Below are positions 58,799 to 64,000 of a stretch of 64,000 bases of DNA, piece after piece (position 1 is the first letter of the stretch; the number at the start of each line of letters is the position of its first letter). A program made the position numbers and the translations under genes. Origin of the DNA: a virus (lineage: Duplodnaviria; Caudoviricetes); IMG/VR virus record IMGVR_UViG_3300048998_000202; one strand, given 5' to 3'. Below the pieces are notes generated by a model that was not told where the DNA came from, ran no database searches, and saw only the letters and a program-made list of their open reading frames with translations.

Positions 58799-61700
58799 TC
58801 AGGGCAGTGGCGGAAACGTCTTGAGCATCTCGATGCCCAGCGTTCGCTGGTCGTCGCTCAGGCCCACGCCCTGGACGATGCCCATGGCCGTCTGCCGGGT
58901 GGTGACCGCGTCGTCGTCCGAGGTGGCCAGGTAACGGTGGACGGCTCCCAGGGTCCGCAGGGCCACTCCCGGCATTGTCTGGTTGAGCTTGGCCACCGCC
59001 TCCATGAGGCGGCCGTGGGCCGTCGTGGTGTCGTACTGAGGGATCTTCAGATCCTCGACCAGAGCGTCCAGCACCTCGAAGGAGTGGATGCTCTCCTCGA
59101 TCAGATCCCCGGTCAGGGGGATCTGCCGCAGGGCCTTCAGATGGCGCTCCAGGGTGTACCTGAGGTGCTCGTACAGGTCCTTGTACGGGGAGGGCAGGGT
59201 CATCTCGGGACCGGCGGTGGCAGGGGCGCTCACGCTTTCCACCCCCGCATCCACAGGATGTCGTAGCCGTTGGGGTCGGCTGCCTCCACGGCGGCGTCCC
59301 AGGTGTCGGCATCCACAGTCTCGTCCGCGCCGGAGTTGCGGTAGGACTCCCGGACCTCGTACGCCCGGGTCTTCAGGCGGGCCAGGACGACGTCCTGAGC
59401 AGCCCCCACGATCTTCTCCAGGTTGCGCCTCAGTTCGGCCTCGACCTCGTTGGAGAGAGGGGTCGTGATCTCCAGGTCGACCACGGCGTCCGACAACAGC
59501 TCTTCCAGTTCGGCCTCGGCCCGCCCGATGGCGGTGATCTTCGCTTTCGTGTTCATGTCGTCTTTCTGTCGGGATCGTTCTGCGCCAGCAGTTCTCCGTC
59601 GGACCAGTACTCCAGGCCCAGACGTCTGAGCAGGGTCCGAGTGCGGAATACGGGACGGGCGCGGGTGTACTGCTCAATGAGGACTTGACGATGCCGGATC
59701 ATCACGGCATCCATCGAGCGGATCACCTCTTCCATCTCTGGTTGCGGGAAGCCGTTGGCCCGCATGGCCTCTAAGGAGGCCCAGATGCGGACGGCGTTGA
59801 CGAAGGGGTCCTGATGGCCGTTGATGTCGTCGGGCTGATCCGGGGCGGGCAGGCTCACGTGGCAGGACTCTCGGGATGGTCGCGGTGTTCGGACTACCCC
59901 TTCAACGGGACGAGTTCGCCGAAGGTGATGGTCTGTACCGGAAACGGGCAAGGGCCCGGACCACGAGGGTCACGGGCCACCTGCTCGGACGACGAACCGT
60001 CAGGCGATCTTGCGGTGGGAGTCGTACTCCAGCTCGTTGTCCAGGCGGGAGCGACCGGCCTCGGTGACGGAGAAGAACGCCCCCTTGATCTCGACCAGGC
60101 CCTCGGCGGCCAGGCCGCGCAGGCCCGCCATCAGCTCAGGGGTGGTGTAGTCGAAGCCCCAGTCCTCGCCGCCGTCGGTGTCGTAGGCGCAGTTGTACTC
60201 GGCGAGGGTGACCAGGACGCGGTCCTTGAGGTACTGGGGGGCGCCGGGGGCTACGGCGTGGCACTCCCGGCCGGAAAAGCGGTAGGGGAGGTCGGCGACC
60301 CAGGGCATCGGGTCCGTGGCGTGACGGGGCTCGTAGCGGACCGGGATGCCGTCGTGCGGCTGGAGGGAGATCACGATGGTCTTACCCTCGCGCTGCGCCT
60401 TGAGCAGTTCCCGGGTGTAGTTCCGCTTCGCCATGACGGCCTCCGAAGGAGTCGATGTGGTCTTGATGGAGTCAACATTACTCTAGGAATTCCTAGAGTG
60501 TCAACGGGCACCGGAAGACTTTCTCCGGTGCCCGTTGAGCAGTTCCTCAGTACTCGCCGTCTTCGATCAGGGTGTCGTCCCAGCCCCACTCGCGGGCCTT
60601 GTCGAAACCGATACCGCCCTTGAGGCCATAGTGGTTGTCGCCCATCAGGGCCACGTAGCCATCGGCCACCAGGTTGTCGAGGCAGAGCTTGGTGTAATGC
60701 ACGTTCCGATAGTGCCAACCGCCGTCGGGCGTCCACTCGCCGTTCTGCTCGGCGAGCATCACCAGAGTGATGCGCAGATCCGCGTCCGGAGGACGGGGCA
60801 ACTTGGGGGCCACCAACTTCCGGCCCTCCTCGGTGATGCGATACGCCACCCGAGAGGGGCCATAGCCCTTGACCTTCTCCGCCAGACCACGAGCCGCCAA
60901 GGAGGCCAGCACGCGCTTGGTGGTGGACACGTTGCTCCAGGTCCAGCCGCAGCCGGGGTACCACTGGCCACCGTGCCGCACGAGCTCCTCCAGCACACCC
61001 TCCTGCACACGACCCAGCGAGAGGACCTTGTCGTCCTTGGGAGTGTGCGCCTTGACCTCGGACACCGGGGCCTGGACGGGCTGCGCGGTCTCCTTGGCCG
61101 CCACCACGAGGTTCGTGTCCTTGTCGCGGGTGACCGTGTAGCGCACGCTCAGGACCTTCTCCATGGCGTCGGTCCTGATCGCCGTGTTGTCGGCGTCGCC
61201 GTGGCGGAAATTGCTCGTCACGCGCCACTCCACAACGATCTTGTCCCACGCGTTGGTGCGTACCGTGTAGCCCTCGGTCCAACCGTCACAGATGCGACCC
61301 CGCGTCTTGTGACTGCGCTGGAAGCCCTGCTGGCCGAGGTAGCGGCTGACGGTGTTGGCGCGAAGCGTGCTCACAAGAGCCTCCTGGGGAGTCGTTGTCC
61401 TGACAGAGTCAACTCTACTCCTAGGATTCCTGGAGTGTCAAGAAGATTTTAAAATGACGAGACCTCACAGATCGGCGACTGCGAGGTCTCGTGCTCATGA
61501 TGGAGTCAACATCTCCGCCTCAGCAAGGGCAAAGGCCCAGCCGGTGCGGACGATCATTCTTCCTGGACACCCATGGCCTCCCGGGCCCGCCGGATGATCT
61601 CCGTCATGGTGGCCGTCCGACGGTCCTGGAACCCCTGGCTCTCGGGGTCCGGGTCGTCCAGGGTGAGGACCCAGGCCACGAAGTCGTGGACCAGCCCCGG

Positions 61701-63846
61701 CATCTGACGAGTCAGCGCCACGTAGTCGTCCGTCGACAGGTGCAGCTCGACGTTCTTGGTGTCGTCGGTCCCCCAGTCGCCGTCCCGGCCGTCCTCTCCG
61801 GCCACCCAGCGGGGCTCAGGGACGAGGATCAGGGCCTTGTCGGCCCGCAGTATGACGCGGGGTCTCTCGTGGCTCACTACGGCTCCCTGGTGGTGTCGGC
61901 GTCCAGGATCTGACAGTTGCTCACTTACCGAGGGAGAACTTGTCCAGCAGCGGCGTCAGGATCTCCATGGCGTGATCCATGGCCTCCTCGGCAGCGTCCT
62001 TGCTCTTGCGCATCTGGGACAGGCGGCGCATCACCTTCACGCCCGCGCGGCCCAGGTCCCGGCGGATGCTCTCGCGGGGGAGCTTCTGGAGGGCGGTCTC
62101 GACCTTCTCGATCAGGAGCTCCAGGTAGTACGCGGAGATCTCCTTCTGGAGGGCCTCGATCTGCTTGTCGTCCAGGAAGAGCCGGATGGTGCCGTCGTCG
62201 AGATTGCTGTCCTCCTCGTACCAGGTGTTGTCCGGCAGGAGGAGCACCGTGTCGCCCTCGGCGTTCTTGTGGACGGTGATCGGAGGGATGGTCGTGTTCT
62301 CAGGCACGAAGAGATCCTTTCGTCGGAGTCGGGCTCCAGCCGGACTCGGTGTTGTCGTACATCTGCTGGCGCTCGTTCCAGTCGTCCAGGAGCTGCTGGG
62401 CGCCTTCAAGAGTCGGATTGACCGCAAGGTGGCGGAGACCCTCTCGGACTTCCGCCACGCGGTCGGGGATTATCACGCGGTCTTGGGCTGAGCGAGCATC
62501 AGGGTGGCGGAACTGTGCATGCTGCTCTTGGGCAGCGAGGTGTGCAACTTGCGGTTCAGCAGCGCGTTCATGGTGTTGCCGTTACCCCGGTCACCGCAGT
62601 CGTGGCCGTTGCTCTGGTCGCTGTGGCGGTAACTAGAGCCACCGCCCCAGCCGCTGGAGTAGCTGTAGTGGCCCTCGGCGATGCAGCGCAGGATGTTCTG
62701 CTGCTTCTCCGGCATCGTGCGCTGGTAACGCTCCAGGAGGATCGCCAGGCGCCGCTTCTGCTCGACGAAGAACTCCGTCTCGGTGTCGCGCACGGTGGGC
62801 TGGACCAGCTTGGCCAGGTCGGGCAGGCGCAAGGCGACCGCCGGGACGTAGACGTCGGCTTGGATCACATCCAGGTCCTGGACCGGTTCCTTGGCGTGCT
62901 TCCGGGTGTACTCGGAACTGTTGGCAAGATCCCTGCGGTACTTGGCCTCCACGATGGCCTGCTGACGCAGGTACTCACCGATGCGGGCACGGGCAGGAGC
63001 GATCTCGTCCCGACGGGCCTTCAGGGCCAGGGTGACGAGGGCCAGGTCATCCGCGATCTCGCCTTCACCAGGCGAAGACAAAAACTCCTGCGCCTTCTGG
63101 ACCGCCAGTTCGATCAGGTCGTCCTCGCCCAACTCGGCGTACTGGGAGGACCTCCGGATCCGGGTCCCCTGGATCAGGTCCAAGACCTCCCGACCCGTGT
63201 CGATCAACTCCATGCCCCAAGTGCCAGGACCGTCTACTCCCACCAGGGGAGAAGTCAGGAGCTTGTTCAGAAGCGCCTTACCGGGGATCTTCAGACACAG
63301 CCTCTCCCGGTCAGCATCGACCACCGGGCCCTCGAAGACCATCTGGTATTCGGTACCGTCCTCGTCCCGCATGCGCTCCAGGACGACGATCTCGTTTTGG
63401 GAGAGACAGACGGTACGACCAGAACTCAGGGTGAAGGTGCGGGGGATGAACACGGGCTCGGTCGCCATGGTGGCCTCCGGGGGAGTCGGGATCTCTGGCA
63501 AGGACGACATTACTACAAGGATTGTTGGAGTGCAACCCCATGATCCCCGCGATCAGGGGCGGATGACCGGCACGTAGACGAAGGCGCCGATGAAGTACTG
63601 ACCCGTCGTTGGGTCCTTCTGGCAGGGCTCGATGTGCCGCAGGAACGCCGAACGAACGATGCGCTCCATCTCCGGTCCGACCACAGAGTAAACGCGACCG
63701 TCCACCATGAGCGGACCTCCGGTTCCCGCACGCTCACGGGCCTCCCGGAAGATCTTGGTGCGATGTTCGCTCAGCTCTTTCACCCGGGATTCCAGCGGGG
63801 CGTCGGCAGGGCGGTGTATCTCGTAACGGGCCATTGGGTTCTCCAC
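58799..63846 (-). other. cluster of early hypothetical genes, several with wHTH-like 'L..L...GLV' modules (59230-59556, 60000-60434, 60547-61374, 61554-61877, 61921-62307, 62473-63468, 63553-63834)
   Basis: Minus-strand ORFs with GGAGG RBS behind promoter cassettes at ~60470, 61400 and 63505. Confidence 0.55.
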
Positions 63847-64000
63847 AAGACAGGGCCGCCCCCGAGGGGGCGGCCCGAGGGGGCGGTCAGAAGGCCAGTT
63901 CGTCCCGGATGAAGTCCTTCAGCTCGGCGCCGACCTCCGAGAAGCGGAACCACTCGCCCCGGCCGTACCCCTTGGTCTTGTACTCGCCGTTGGAGTAGAA

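Larger units (their letters stand above)
15686..63530 (-). promoter_or_regulatory. dispersed family of ~19 18-bp palindromic operators (CTCCAAGGATCCTTGGAG consensus), most filling the spacer of a sigma70-type promoter
   Basis: Copies start at 15686, 19230, 31897, 40327, 40366, 42270, 45453, 46158, 48468, 51017, 51503, 52797, 53464, 54798, 56361, 58349, 60481, 61418 and 63513. Most are flanked by TTGACA-like and TAnnnT hexamers on the minus strand. Confidence 0.85.

Noticed and set aside
7783-63543. Long + strand ORFs (e.g. 7783-10068, 17174-20890, 23175-25043, 28507-30591, 50182-52230)
   Set aside because: They are antisense shadows of high-GC minus-strand genes with no recognisable motifs. 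Only 4856-5077, 20894-21391 and 32600-34270 are accepted on the + strand.
1-64000. Cas7/RAMP-like effector for the guides, terminase, integrase or DNA polymerase
   Set aside because: No ORF in this window shows a recognisable RAMP Gly-rich loop or the motifs of these enzymes. They presumably lie elsewhere in the genome, so the effector remains unidentified.

Overview
This window is part of a large, high-GC lytic actinophage genome, probably a Streptomyces phage. Almost all genes lie on the minus strand. Positions ~1-31 kb hold virion and lysis genes: neck and Fn3 proteins, major capsid, decoration protein, scaffold, a protease/cargo polyprotein, holin, endolysin, a 1875-aa effector polyprotein and the portal. 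Positions ~31-38 kb hold dCTP deaminase, a four-copy Y-RNA array with Ro60/TROVE, and Thg1. Positions ~38-64 kb are an early region of small genes behind repeated operator-bearing promoters, with 3 tRNAs, HU, an RNA ligase, NlpC/P60 and a GT2. The main finding is a set of eight small-RNA units made of GGY-NN pentamers (1-353, 5075-5841, and one hidden antisense at 11532-11652), plus two same-promoter units with structured bodies. Each unit has its own promoter box and terminator. When the NN dinucleotides are read as a gapped code (NN, skip one base), they give codon positions 1-2 of recognisable targets. Two units match this phage's own capsid and protease genes, at sites where the phage carries mismatching (largely synonymous) codons. 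Two others spell conserved SF2 helicase motifs (RLYMTATP, ILLTNYKML). This points to a programmable, wobble-proof RNA-guided system aimed at competing phages and possibly at host defence genes. It resembles my unverified recollection of the recently reported VIPR systems. No effector protein was recognised in the window. Other highlights are an HNH gene nested antisense inside the 1875-aa gene, a RelE-like domain with an overprinted antitoxin, and a Y RNA carrying a complete circularly permuted tRNA-Asn-like cloverleaf. All alignments were done by eye, with no database searches.
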